Shown here: in pieces, positions 52,455 through 64,000 of the stretch
Numbering within the stretch: position 1 is the first letter of the stretch
Layout of the letters: every line of letters begins with the position of its first letter
Assembly (NCBI GenBank): GCA_965649765.1
Contig: OZ287748.1
Location: forward strand, 83,514,001 to 83,578,000
Origin: Bispira polyomma
Taxonomy: Eukaryota
Direction: 5' to 3'
Length of the DNA: 64,000 bases
Program-made: the position numbers and the translations under genes
Notes under the pieces: model-generated
What the model was told of the DNA's origin: nothing
What the model saw: the letters and a program-made list of their open reading frames with translations, nothing else
The model's database searches: none

Positions 52455-52790
52455 CATAATAATAGTAATAATAAAAATAATAATTTAAAGAGCGCAAAAT
52501 TGATGAGCACATCCTCTAAGGCAGTGATATTCACAAAGGGAAAGATAAGGGTAAGCAAAAGATCCTTAGCAAAAAAACATTCACCAGGGAAGAGACTAAA
52601 GGCGGAGGGGGTAAGCCAGTCCGAAAAGGTAAGTTTTGAGATGGCTTCTGAAACCAGTTATTGTGTCCTATGATCTGACAGTATGTTGGAGTTTGTTCCA
52701 TTCAACAGGAGCCGCGACAGCAATGCAGCGCCTTCCGATTTTCCTATATGGTCGGGTTGAGGAAACTGAGAGGTGGTTTCCCCGGGTAAA
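52455..52790 (-). mobile_element. L2-type LINE 3' end
   Basis: GRRCIAVAAPVEWNKL...GFRSHLKTYLFGLAYP with a (TTA)n tail. Confidence 0.85.
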
Positions 52791-52894
52791 TCATATATAT
52801 TACATTTGATGGTCCTACCCTGTGGAATAGTTTACCTCATATCAGGAAAGCTCCTATCTTACATTCCTTTCGTTGTAGAAATAAAGTTCAAGGG

Positions 52895-53133
52895 CGAGTA
52901 CTTTATTGGCGTATAAAGGGCTCACTTATGGCGGAATAATGGACGAGGGCCGATAGGCAGAGGGTTTAACATATGACTGTAGAGGTGGTAGGCGAGTGTG
53001 TTATAAAGGTTTTCCGCACATGGAAAATACCAGCCTGCAGCAACTACACAGCCAACTTTCACACATACAAGGCGTGGCCTCGAACCTAGGACTGCAGAGG
53101 TGGGATGCGAGAGTGCTTCCTCTATACCACCAA
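52895..53133 (-). mobile_element. SINE with family-C-type head
   Basis: cgcatcccacctctgcagtcctaggttcgaggcc...gtgtgaaagttggc shared with the 45885 copy. Confidence 0.7.
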
Positions 53134-54341
53134 AACCCCCCACATGATATGCAACTATGTTATTTTAGATTAATTTCTGGAAAACTTTGCTAAATTATTA
53201 ATTTACATATGCACACAACCATTTTATAACAATGTATTTACAAGCAAATTAGTATTTATGTATTTATTTTCTCAATGTTTAGTTCACAATTCTGCCTATT
53301 ACTAACTTTTGTTTTATGTGAACTTGCTACACTAATCATAGAATTCCTTCCAAATTAAAAAAAAACAACAACCAAACGGCCGGCCCTTTGATCCCTTTCT
53401 ACAAAAAATAGCTGATGTCTCAATATTGTGGGTGTATTGTGGTGTTATAATTGAGGACTACATTAGAGGGATCCTAACACTTTACATACACACACATACT
53501 ACACACTACATGCCCTGCTCTATGATAAGTTTTGTTCTATTTATGACTAAATGCCTTAAATCCTTTCTGTATATTCATCTTTTTTTCACCCATTCTAATA
53601 CTCTAAATAAACTGGATACATTGAATAGACCACAGAAAGCAAAGCTCTATTATAGTTAATAATGAGTTTTCTCTTTGCCAGAGACACAGTGAAAACATAC
53701 AACAATCCCTAATCATATCAGGCCATGGATCCATAGGACATACACAGCCAGGGTGAAGTTGGGCTAGAAATGTATTTTGACAAGTGATTTACTTTCTTTT
53801 TTTTTTTACCTGATTTTATTCTTGGAAAATACACACACAACCCTTTTTCTAAGATTTACTTGAATAGACCTAGAACTATATTGACAAACATTCGTAGATT
53901 ATCATTCTTAGAACTTTCTTTGTTTCAGACAATCATATTTCTTCAGACATTTTGACTGGCCAATCGAATGTTTTGATACAGGAGTTACTTCTTGTCATTG
54001 TTAATTAAATCTTAACTTTTAAAATATTCTATGTTATGTCAACTGTTGTTGTAACACATGTCTTTTCTGAAACTGAAATGTCGTAGAATTGTTTCGATTT
54101 ACACCTAGTAGTAAGGTTTATTTTACAGTTGAAAGAGTCACGTTATGTAAACACGGATAAATGTGTTTTTTAAAAGTTTTTTTACAAGATACACCATTGT
54201 ACAACTTCTCTTTTGAAATGGAGATCATTCCTGAGTTTATATTGTACGATATTTGTTATAATTTTAAATATAATAGTTTATATCGATTGCAGATTAGGTA
54301 AAGCAAAATATATGAACTTACGTTTACCTCTATATGATGGA

Positions 54342-54791
54342 TTACAAAAAGGGGAAAAACAGTAACATTCAAGTCACTGAAGTCACTTCACCCATACAAT
54401 ACTCCTATTACCTTTGACAGAGGTAATTCTAACAAATAAATACTGAATATGGGTTACACTTATCTTATGAATTAACAAAAATACCAAGTTAAATACTCGA
54501 ACCTTAGGTGAATCTTAATGTTACAAAACAGTAACATTCAAATCACTTTACCTAAAGAAATGCTCACTATTACCTTTGACTAAAGTTAATTATAACAGGA
54601 TTGTAGTAAGTACATGTATATACTTACTTTAGGGTTACCATTAAATCATGAATTACCAGAACCATTTCCAAACAAACATCAGGGGGTGAATTCTAATTTT
54701 ACAAAAACACAGTAACATTCAGGTCACTTCACTCACAGAAAGGCCCCTATTGCCTGTGACTAGAGCTAATTATAAGAACATTGTAGTAAGT
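54342..54791. repeat. Degenerate ~178-bp tandem repeat, ~2.5 copies
   Basis: Recurring ttacaaaa..cagtaacattca..tcactt...ctattacctttgac..gag.taatt.taa near 54342, 54521 and 54699. Confidence 0.8.
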
Positions 54792-55192
54792 CAGCCAGAT
54801 ACAGGAAGTAGAGACGTCTGGGTCAGACCTATATGGTTGCTCTGTCAATATTATCAGGAACTCTTTTTTTTTAGAGAACAGACTTCAGTAAGTAAACAAA
54901 ATACCACAGAAGGGTAAAACAGGTCTTCTATTGGTAATGAAAGTGATTTGGCCAGATGAGGTAGTCATGTTTTAGGAAGTTTATACTACTAATGTGTTTA
55001 TAGAGGAATGTTAGTCTTCGAATAATAGCTAAACTGCTGATGAACCCAATTGACCGTTAAGCTATTTGTAAACCAGGTTTGGTAAAATATATTCCTAATA
55101 AGAAAAAAACCCAATATCATCAGACCAGATGGGACAGAGCTTTCAAAATCCATACAAAGGCTACTTTGTAACTTATTTCACTTTATAAACAT

Positions 55193-55441
55193 AGGTGGCC
55201 TAGCTGGTAACACACTTGCTCCGGAACACAGAGGACCTGGTTCGACCATGTCCAGGCAGATACATCGTGGGTCAAATGACCACATATAATGACGTTCCTC
55301 TGTCATTGGGTAATATTCCCAGTAGCAGGCTAATGAACATTAGAGACGGTAATAAATGTCCCCAAGCTTCGAATCCTGCTAATGTCGCTAGGTTCCTTGG
55401 TAGGATAACTTCTTTGGGCAAGATTCATTCATTCATTCATT
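55193..55441 (+). mobile_element. tRNA-derived SINE with (ATTC)n tail
   Basis: A box ggtggcctagctgg, B box ggttcgacc; core atgaccacat.taatgacgttcctctgtc..gtaatattcccagt.gcag. Confidence 0.8.
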
Positions 55442-56261
55442 CCCAATTGATGGTGATCTAGGCTATTTTGTCGGCAACACATGATTGGTTGACTGATTCA
55501 GATGTTGCGCTTTAGGAGATGCCTCGCATCAATAAAGTACATTAAAAATATATAATACAATAATATACAATTACATTAGATCCCGTTTGTAAGGCCCTTA
55601 ACCCCAATTACTGGACCGGTAAGGTTACCTCAAATTGTTCTTTGTCATTCAACACTAAGTCATTTAAAGGTTATAAATTTAAGTTTTACACTGGTGCAGG
55701 AGACACTACTGAGGGGTTTTCTTTGTAAAAAATATTTGGACATTTTGTGAAAGATCATGCAAAGTTTAAGGTAAGTCCATTATGTTATATTTGCTGTGCT
55801 ATTTAAATTCCAACTCAAGTTTGGAAACTGTGTATGTGTCTACAATACTTCCATTGGCATATCATCATATTGCCAAGTTTCTCCTATTTCTATCATCAGC
55901 TTTTCCATTTAAATCTCACACTCAAATAATCATCAAATTAAATAGTAACATTTGTCATTTGTCACAAACTTTGGCTTTTGATGGTTTGATATAAAGATTT
56001 AAACATTTGACAATTTGATGACTGAAGGAGAACAGAAGGTTAAAGAGGATCAAGTATCTGTCATCTGTGTCTAGAAGAGGTCTAATAGTCAGAACATCAA
56101 GGGTGCATAGACCAGCAGGGGGGGCTACTGAAGGGGGAGGAGAGTTAGGGTCAGGGATGTCTATAGTCTTAAGGACATAGTGGAGAAAGAGTAAAGTCAT
56201 CTGTATCTACAATAAGTGTGGTAGTCAGGAACTGAATGGTACATTTATGAGACAGCTGGGA

Positions 56262-56660
56262 GCAGTGACTGTATCTTCGAAAGGTAGCTAAATTCAGGTA
56301 AAACGTATAATGAAGTACAGAAACAAATACAAAATTTACTTTACTAAGTAAATACTTAAGTTGGTATTCCTGAAAAAGATTAGTTTGTATTCTCCAAAAA
56401 GATAAGTAACTAATTATCTTGTCAAATGCTCAGGTATGTCAAACTTTATGTTCCATCATTATATATTGTATAATTATTTACTATTTTTATATAGCAAGTA
56501 TTATCATGTATGCATTTTGAGTATGCTTCTTCTGAAAACCTAACTTTACAAATATATATACACTTAACGTGTTTTGGATCTTTTGAGACTATATACCATA
56601 GAAATTAAGGTAAGTATTTACTTAAACTTAGCTAAGTAGTTTCCAGGGTATGGGCATTAG
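56262..56660. mobile_element. Degenerate MITE related to 14324-14440
   Basis: Right end taagtatttactta..cttagctaagtagtttc is nearly identical to 14393-14423. Confidence 0.6.
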
Positions 56661-58382
56661 ATCACTGGTGGGTTGGGTCAGGGATATTTGTAGCCTTAGG
56701 GACATAGCAGGGAGAGTAAAGTCAAGGACACAAAAGACGAAGAGGTAGTAGGGTCTGTGACAGAGAGGTATGGTAGATACCCTACTGCTAAATCATATAA
56801 CCTAGTTAATGGAGCATGCTTAGATCAGTGTTTGTGACCCTGACTGAGGATGTTAATGTCTGTGTGTAGAGGTTTTGTTCTCCATAGATCAATGGGGACT
56901 GCTCACTGAGTCTTAAGGTTCTATGGGTCTGAGGTTTTGTAGGTATTAGCCATCTGTAAGTTGGTGGATTGATGAAGAACACACGACCACACAACTAGGG
57001 GATACTTTAAAATATCCCATCTCATCATCTATTGTGTATGACAGATTCTAATGCCAAAGCATCAGTTAGAATAATATTCTTGTCAGTTTCATTGTTAGTA
57101 TTCACTTTTTTGCTTATGTTTCTTGCCAAGCCATATTTTGGATGACTGTAAATGTAATGACAAAACATTAGACAGGTGGCCTACCATTACTGTCCATTCT
57201 CAGTGGAATTAAGATAAAGGAATATCAAAATGATAAAGGTGTACTACCTTGATACATCTACGTCTATCCGGACTTTATAAAGAATGACAGTAAAACTAAT
57301 GGCCACGTCTCCTGTGACCTTCTCAACATCATCCTCAGATTTCTGGGACAATCAGGATAAATGACCAATTTAGATGATGTACAAGTCCTGACTTATTACA
57401 TTTTATAATAGTTTAGTTGGTCTGAACATAAAACCAACCATTAACATCAAAAGCACAGAGACACATAAAATAGCAGTATGAACTACTCACAGTTGGTTTA
57501 GTCGAGATCAGTCTTAAATATTCATTAGATACTGCAGCTTTATGAGGTTCAACGATTGAAGGAACCCAGAGTCCACTGTCGTAATTTGCAATTCACAATT
57601 TAAAGTGAAATGGAATTAGTATTTAACTCTATAAGTTTTTCTTTAAATCTTAAATCTATAAAATAACAATAGCTGTTGTCTCAAATAATGCCCTACACCA
57701 ATATATGGATGATGTCAGAACTACCTGTAATACCTAACATTTCAGAAGTGAGACATAGTTTAGTGAAAGAACAAATCTCAAACTCTGCTCAAGAAGAGTT
57801 TTGTTATAATAAATTGCATAGAGATTTGAAGAATATTATTACAATTTATAATATTACAAACAACCCAAATGTAAACAGTAACTGCTAACAGAGCTTAATC
57901 TCTTAAGTTTTTTGAGACTTAAGTTGCAGGCAGTTTAACACAATCACTAAATACACAATAATATCAACTGTAAAAGTAAAAATGAATTCGAGAAAAATCT
58001 TGTGTTACATTATTTCACTTTTTGGTCAATCAAGATAGTAAGATTTAAGTGTAGACATATAAAGTTTCAAGGGGACCTTTTTTGGGGATAAATAACCCCG
58101 ACAGAAACTATATCCTGAATTGTTTTGTATAGCTACTACCTCTCACTTTATAGATGGCCTCATTAATTAGGCCAATCCAGCCAACATAGCAGATGTTCTG
58201 GGTTTCATATTATTAAATTTTTGCTTTATTAAAATAGTAACAGTTTTCAGCATAAACTTAGAACGTGTCACTTTTATGGAGAAGTTGGAGAAGAATATCA
58301 ACCACATAGAAGGTGTACATCCTAAACCTCCTTAACTTTCACGACACTTCACTTCAGATGGTCTACCAACAGCTAGCTCAGT

Positions 58383-58640
58383 CTCTGTGGGCTAGTGGTT
58401 AAATTGTTTTGAGAGCCCAGGTTCGATCCTCACTGCAGGCCTGGGGATTTTACCCTTGGACAAGGTGCTTGACACAAAGTTGTCCCTCTCTATCCATGTG
58501 TATAAATGGGTACCTGGCCCCTAATGGGTGTTAGTCTAAAGAGCCATATGTGGCAGCTCGGCAAGTTGATGAACCTAGGCTGGGGTAATAATCTCATAAG
58601 CGCATTAGATAACAGTGATGTTAACAGTGCTCTATATTAA
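58383..58640 (+). mobile_element. SINE family A, near full length (tRNA head, CORE-like body, L2-like tail)
   Basis: A box tgggctagtgg, B box ggttcgatcc, body as in the other copies, tail ending tattattatta. Confidence 0.9.
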
Positions 58641-59164
58641 ATGAATAGTTATTATTATTAAGCCAATCCAGCCAAGCATACAAGAAGATCTTCTGGGTTC
58701 TTATTATAAAGTTTGATCTTAATCAAGATAGTAAAGTATTTGTAATTAGAAAAGTATGAAGTTTTAAGGAGAATTTTATGGATAATTTAAATAAAAAATA
58801 ACCCACATCCCAGTAGCTGAGCTACTACATTTCACTTTAGATGGTCTATTAACCATTAGGCCAATCCCACCATAGCATAGCAGAAACCAGTGAGACACGC
58901 CAAAAGCTTGTGACACTATAGAAACATAGCCTTGCTTAAGGCTTAAGTATGGCAGACAGCCTAACTTAACATTCACAAAGTTTGAAATATGTACACCGTT
59001 GATAAGCATAAAGAACACCTACATCATTGTATCTAAAGATATATTTCCATCATGCCAGTTTCCTTGGCAGCATATAAGTAACTGGTGTGGAAAAGGCAGT
59101 AGGCTTATAATGTTATATTTGGTTATTTTTAGTGTACATTTAAATACATTTAGTTTTATAAAGC

Positions 59165-59365
59165 GATTGTAGTGCCCTAGTGGTTAAAAACGCCTGCATC
59201 AAAATCACTGGCCTCTCACCAATGTGGGTTTGAATCTTGTTTGTTCCTTCATGTGGGAATGTTTATCTGGTACTTGCCTAGGTAGATGGTTTCTTCCACC
59301 GTTAAATGTGGCTGTCGTTGTATGACCTTAAAGCTGTTGAAAGCGACTTATAAAACCCAACTAAA
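59165..59365 (+). mobile_element. SINE family C-related
   Basis: gccctagtggttaa A box, gggtttgaatc B box, tail ggtttcttccacc...tatgacctt...gttgaaagcgac..taaaacccaa. Confidence 0.78.
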
Positions 59366-62300
59366 TTCATATTTAGTATCAACAAATACTGGCGCCTTAA
59401 GTCAGGCTAATTACTAACCACAGCATAAATACATCTCCGAGAGACATGAGATGCGTATGTCAAGCTTGGGTTGAGAAATGAGCTATCAGATCTGGTTGAA
59501 GACATATTGTATGTCAACATCCACATAGCCTGTCGGCCTGGTGTAGGTAGTGTGTCTATATGTGGTTATATACTGGAATAGTGAAGATTTTTTTCAAAAA
59601 GATAAAGACCCTGTACATCATGTCAAATAATAGTCCCTATAAATACGTCCTAAGTGGGAACTACTGTACAATTGGACATTTCCACTTAAAACGAATTTTA
59701 GCCAATGACCTTGGATACTGAAAATTGGTTCCCAGTAAAAACTTTGCATTTGCATTTAAAATTAATGTTTGAATTAAAATATAGGCAATCGTCAAAATCA
59801 CTTCCACTGAATTCTGAAAAAGAATTAATAAAATTTTCATCCACCTAAAAGTTGCACAGTATGTGATTTGGGGTTGGCGGGTGGAGGAGGTTGGGGTGGG
59901 GGCTTAGGGTGTGTGGGATGGAGTTTGGGTGATTGCAAGTTTACCTGACTGCTACTAGATACATATATGATTACATTTATTTCTATCGAGCACCTGTCGA
60001 CGGAGATTTTATTACCTCCATTTAGTGGAAACAAAGCTTTCAGAGAATGTTAATCGTGGTACAGAGGATAGGAAAACAGTTTTGGGTAGGGAAATGAGAA
60101 ATATATGAGGTTGATGTTATAATAGGGCATGCTATATACACTGTATAGATCTGGTGTTGGTGTGTTTATGTTAGCACAATAGCAGGTTTCTGAGGTAACA
60201 GGCCCTAGTGATTCGGCATACCATCCATTGGTAGATTTGTATAACATACACATTTATTTGGCAATTCATTTTGGTATATATATATGACCACATTATCCTG
60301 TGTAAGTTTATCCTCCTCTATAAAGTGTAGTTAAAAGAGGTAGGATTAAGATAGATATCATAATGGTGTGATACAGGACAAAAGACAGGCTCCCATTGCA
60401 CACTACTAAATACCAGGCCTTGACTCTGACAACCCATTAACAAATCAAAGCTAAACATATTCAAGGAGAAATATATATATGTTTTCTTATTAAATAGAAA
60501 CGGGAAATTAAGGGTATGCATACAAATGTATGTGCGTGCGGGCATTAATGGACACAGCTCGTTGGGGAAAGACGGAGACTCAAACATTTTCAAAATCATG
60601 AATTTTGTTTTCTTTGTTCCCAAGGTCAGTGAAGGTCACGATAAGGACTGTGGGGTATGAATGAACAGTTTGTAGTGTAAAATGTAGAACTCTTTAGTCT
60701 TTGAAATAATGCAAATGTTTCCTAATGCTGTTTTTTCTTGTAATGTGAGGTTTTCATTGGTGCATGTGTTACTCAAATAAATGTTCTCTCTAACTATAAA
60801 ACCTTGTCCATGTTTTGTAAAGTTAATTTTTATGATGAAACAAATCATTGTTGTTGTTTTTCACTATCATGGGTAAGGGGATAACAAATTTATTTTCAAC
60901 ACATTCAAAGAATGCTGTTTTGGAGAGATAATTTTTGGCGATATTTTGAAGACCTAGAGATGATTTTAAATAAACTATTAAATGAAACCACTGCCATGCT
61001 AATATACCCATTATACACACCTTCATCCGTGCATATACCATATGGTTGATCTCATTTTTTGGGCTGTGGATGAATTAGAAAATGTCTTCATAAACAACAG
61101 AAAGGTGTCCATCCACAATATGTCTTATTATCTACCTGTCAGTCAACATAGCCACTACGTGGTGATAGCCCGTGTCATCATCATGATGGTAATCTCATCA
61201 CCACTCTCTCCCACATCCTCTGCCCCTCTTCGTTTCCACGCTATGTAAATGCGACAAGATCTTGACACATGCATGCACACTCTCCAGTGACTCACACACT
61301 CACACATATATCACCACTTTTTAAAATGTGGTCACTTTCACTGACCCATGGCACAGACACAGACACACATGCACTAAATGTCATGAGTTGAACACTTCAT
61401 GGCTGGTGTTATAATATATAGATGAGGTGAAAAACAAGAGTGATTTTAGGAGGACACTTGATGTCCACATAGATTTCATATTGTTCCTTTGCTGTATATT
61501 ATAATGGGAAACCCCAATACCTTCTGGTCTTCAGTCAGAAGTGTCACTTTACAGATGAGATCATTCATTTCGTCCACAAGAGCTGTTAATTTGGTTTATA
61601 TCACTTAGTGCCACACACATATACAGGTGGAAATATGGTTAAAATTAAGTAGGTGCTGATTTATTAGGTTATAAATATAGCTGTGTGTATGTGTGATGAC
61701 ATTAAGGGTAGACTTAAAGTTAAAGGGTGTAAAATATTGTTCTGGTTATTTAAAATCTATCTTATATATATGCGAGTATAGACATTAAGCTTAGACAAAA
61801 CGAAAAATTTGTGGAATATTGATGTCATCAGGTAAAATCTATCTTCTTTGCTGTACTTAACAATGAGGGTTTTCAGACTATATAGCAATAGTTATCTCAA
61901 ATTATCAATGATTAGTAAATTAGGACAAACATTAAAACTATGAGAGATTTAGAAATGTGAAGGCTGTAGTCATAAGTATAGTCATAAAATGTCACTTTTT
62001 TGTGGAAAGTAAATCTGCTAGAAACACACACATGCAGAGAACCACACACATACATACACACAAACACCTTAAACTTCCCCTCTTTGCCACCCAAAGTACC
62101 TTTTAGAATGATTCAAAAAATCACTTCAATCACCTCCCCGTGTTGTATTAAAAGCATAGATCTCCCAGAGGATATCCAATTTACTGCAGCATTTCGCCAA
62201 AGATATGCAAATCGTCCATTCACCCAGAAGCGTGGTGGTCTGTGCTCTGTTTAATACTTCTTTATGAGTTATTAAAGCTGAGGTTTTGAAGAGAATCATG

Positions 62301-63296
62301 ATTTGCTCCCTTTGTCTCCTGTCACCTCTATACACACTCAATGTGATGGGATGTGACTTTATGAGAATGATATTATCTGCAGCTTTTTGTTCTCACCAAA
62401 CTTGATTAGTTTTTATACCTCTATATATGATAAAGGTGAGTGCTTTGGTTCTTTGTACCTGTCCTGACTCCAATAAATTAGGGTCTTGCAAAATGGTTCG
62501 ATATTACCATTTATTAAAACTACTGAGATTTGATGAATAACTAAAAATAAACTTACTAGGTGTTCGATGAATTAAAAGAAAAACAATTATTACTGTTAGT
62601 ATTAATTATCATATTCAAAATGTCTTTTAATGTGTTTTCTGATTTCTTTAAAATGGTATTGTAGACAATATAATATATGGAATATTTAATGAATAAATTA
62701 ATCATATATTAGTTTTTTTAATATACACGAATGTATGACTTTTTATGAGGACATTCCACTTTTTGACATTATTCAAATTTTTCTATTTTTTTTTTGTGAC
62801 AACATAGATGCTACTTTTTTATTGTATGGATTTGTCATTGTTGCCAATAAAATCTTGCTTTTCCAAGATAGTTAAAGTCTAACATATTCCATGCTAGTTT
62901 AACAAAACAAAACATCGAGTGATTTGTGTATTGCAGTTTTGTGGTGCAAAAGGGTGTTCATTATATCAAAACATAATACAAAGTGTAATCTTAAAGATCA
63001 ATAGAGAACATATAACGTCTTCAGACTTGGTTAGATTCACACCTAGCCAGTAGCAGAACGATGGTAATCTTGAATCAATACCGTGAACTTTGTGACGTCA
63101 TGAGTTCCCTGTGAGACTCATTAGTCCAAACCTGACTTGTGAACTTTTTATAACAGGTCTCAAAGGAGGGCAAGTCTTAGGAAACTAATCATGTAACAAT
63201 GTACAGTAAAAACTGTCTATTACCTGAAACCTCTATCACCGAAACACTTAATACATGTATCAGAAGTCTGATCTAATTTTATATTTGAGAGTTACC

Positions 63297-63595
63297 CTTA
63301 GAGAATGAAACCATATTCAAAGATACCATATTCTTATAAACAAAGATACTATATTCTTATTGAGAAATATACCATATTCATATACAGAAAGATTCCATAT
63401 TCAAATATACCATATCCATCATAAAGAAAGATTCCATATGCAAATATTTATTATTCAAAGATACCATACCTTTATAGAGAAAAATACCATATTCAAAGAA
63501 ACCGTATTCTTATAGAGAAAGATGCCATATTCAAATATACCATAGTCTCAAAGAGAAAAATGCCATATTCTTTTTTGAGAAAGATGTAATATTAT
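63297..63595. repeat. Degenerate minisatellite (gagaaagataccatattc variants)
   Basis: More than 10 recurrences of (at)accatattc with gagaaa spacers. Confidence 0.85.
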
Positions 63596-64000
63596 TTTAC
63601 AGGATATGGTGTCTGTGTTGTCCATGGAACTGATAATGCGCAATATCACCAAGTAATGCAAAACAATGAAGGATATCCTTCAGCTGTGGCTTACCTCTGA
63701 AGGTGGAGCAATGTTTTCAATTACAAAAATGTATGTATTTATCAACATCACCGAAAAGTGGTTCATTGACAGATCTTTGACACTGTTTACTTATTAACTG
63801 GGGAATTAATAACAATGATATAGAAGGTACTATACACTGAACTGAACTCCTGTCAGACATTATTCTGGTTTAATGTTTCATAAACCCTGTTTTAGGCAGA
63901 TTAAGCATCACATGTAGCAGTTAGCAGTTTACTAGCTGTTATATCATGATATGATTTTGTTAAAATATGAATTTTAAAACAGTATCCTTTTTATTGTTAA

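Noticed and set aside
58383-58445. tRNA genes (also 24131, 55193, 59165)
   Set aside because: A/B boxes are present but no intact cloverleaf; each continues into a SINE body and tail.
63603-63700. Possible exon (ttttacag acceptor on +, gtaagc donor on -)
   Set aside because: Short frames, no partner exons in the window and no recognisable product.

Overview
AT-rich, intron-containing animal genomic DNA. It is probably lophotrochozoan/molluscan, inferred from the protocadherin type and the SINE/LINE/MITE repertoire; it is not prokaryotic. Two convergent protein-coding genes are supported. (1) On +, the last four coding exons (785-867, 1281-1496, 2757-2900, 3936-4118) of an unidentified protein with a coiled-coil region, a Ser/Thr-rich linker and a Cys/His C-terminus. 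Its third exon end and splice donor are amplified as an 89-bp tandem array. (2) On -, a complete protocadherin of about 1088 aa: one 2.7-kb exon encodes the signal peptide, 7 cadherin repeats, TM and juxtamembrane region (41498-38823), and two exons encode the cytoplasmic tail (34487-34358, 32430-31970). It has a probable non-coding first exon/promoter near 43.0-43.4 kb and a 3' UTR of about 2.6 kb. The remainder is intronic/intergenic, with three tRNA-derived SINE families, L2/CR1-type LINE remnants, MITEs, Helentron-like elements and mini/microsatellites. The most notable observations are a protocadherin terminal exon open in two frames that skipping of a 130-nt exon would switch between, a degenerate Ca2+ linker at EC5/EC6, a motif-dense tail, and a five-fold array of splice donors that could toggle a C-terminal zinc-finger-like module. 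All splice models were read by eye. No clearly new multi-gene system is demonstrable from this window alone.
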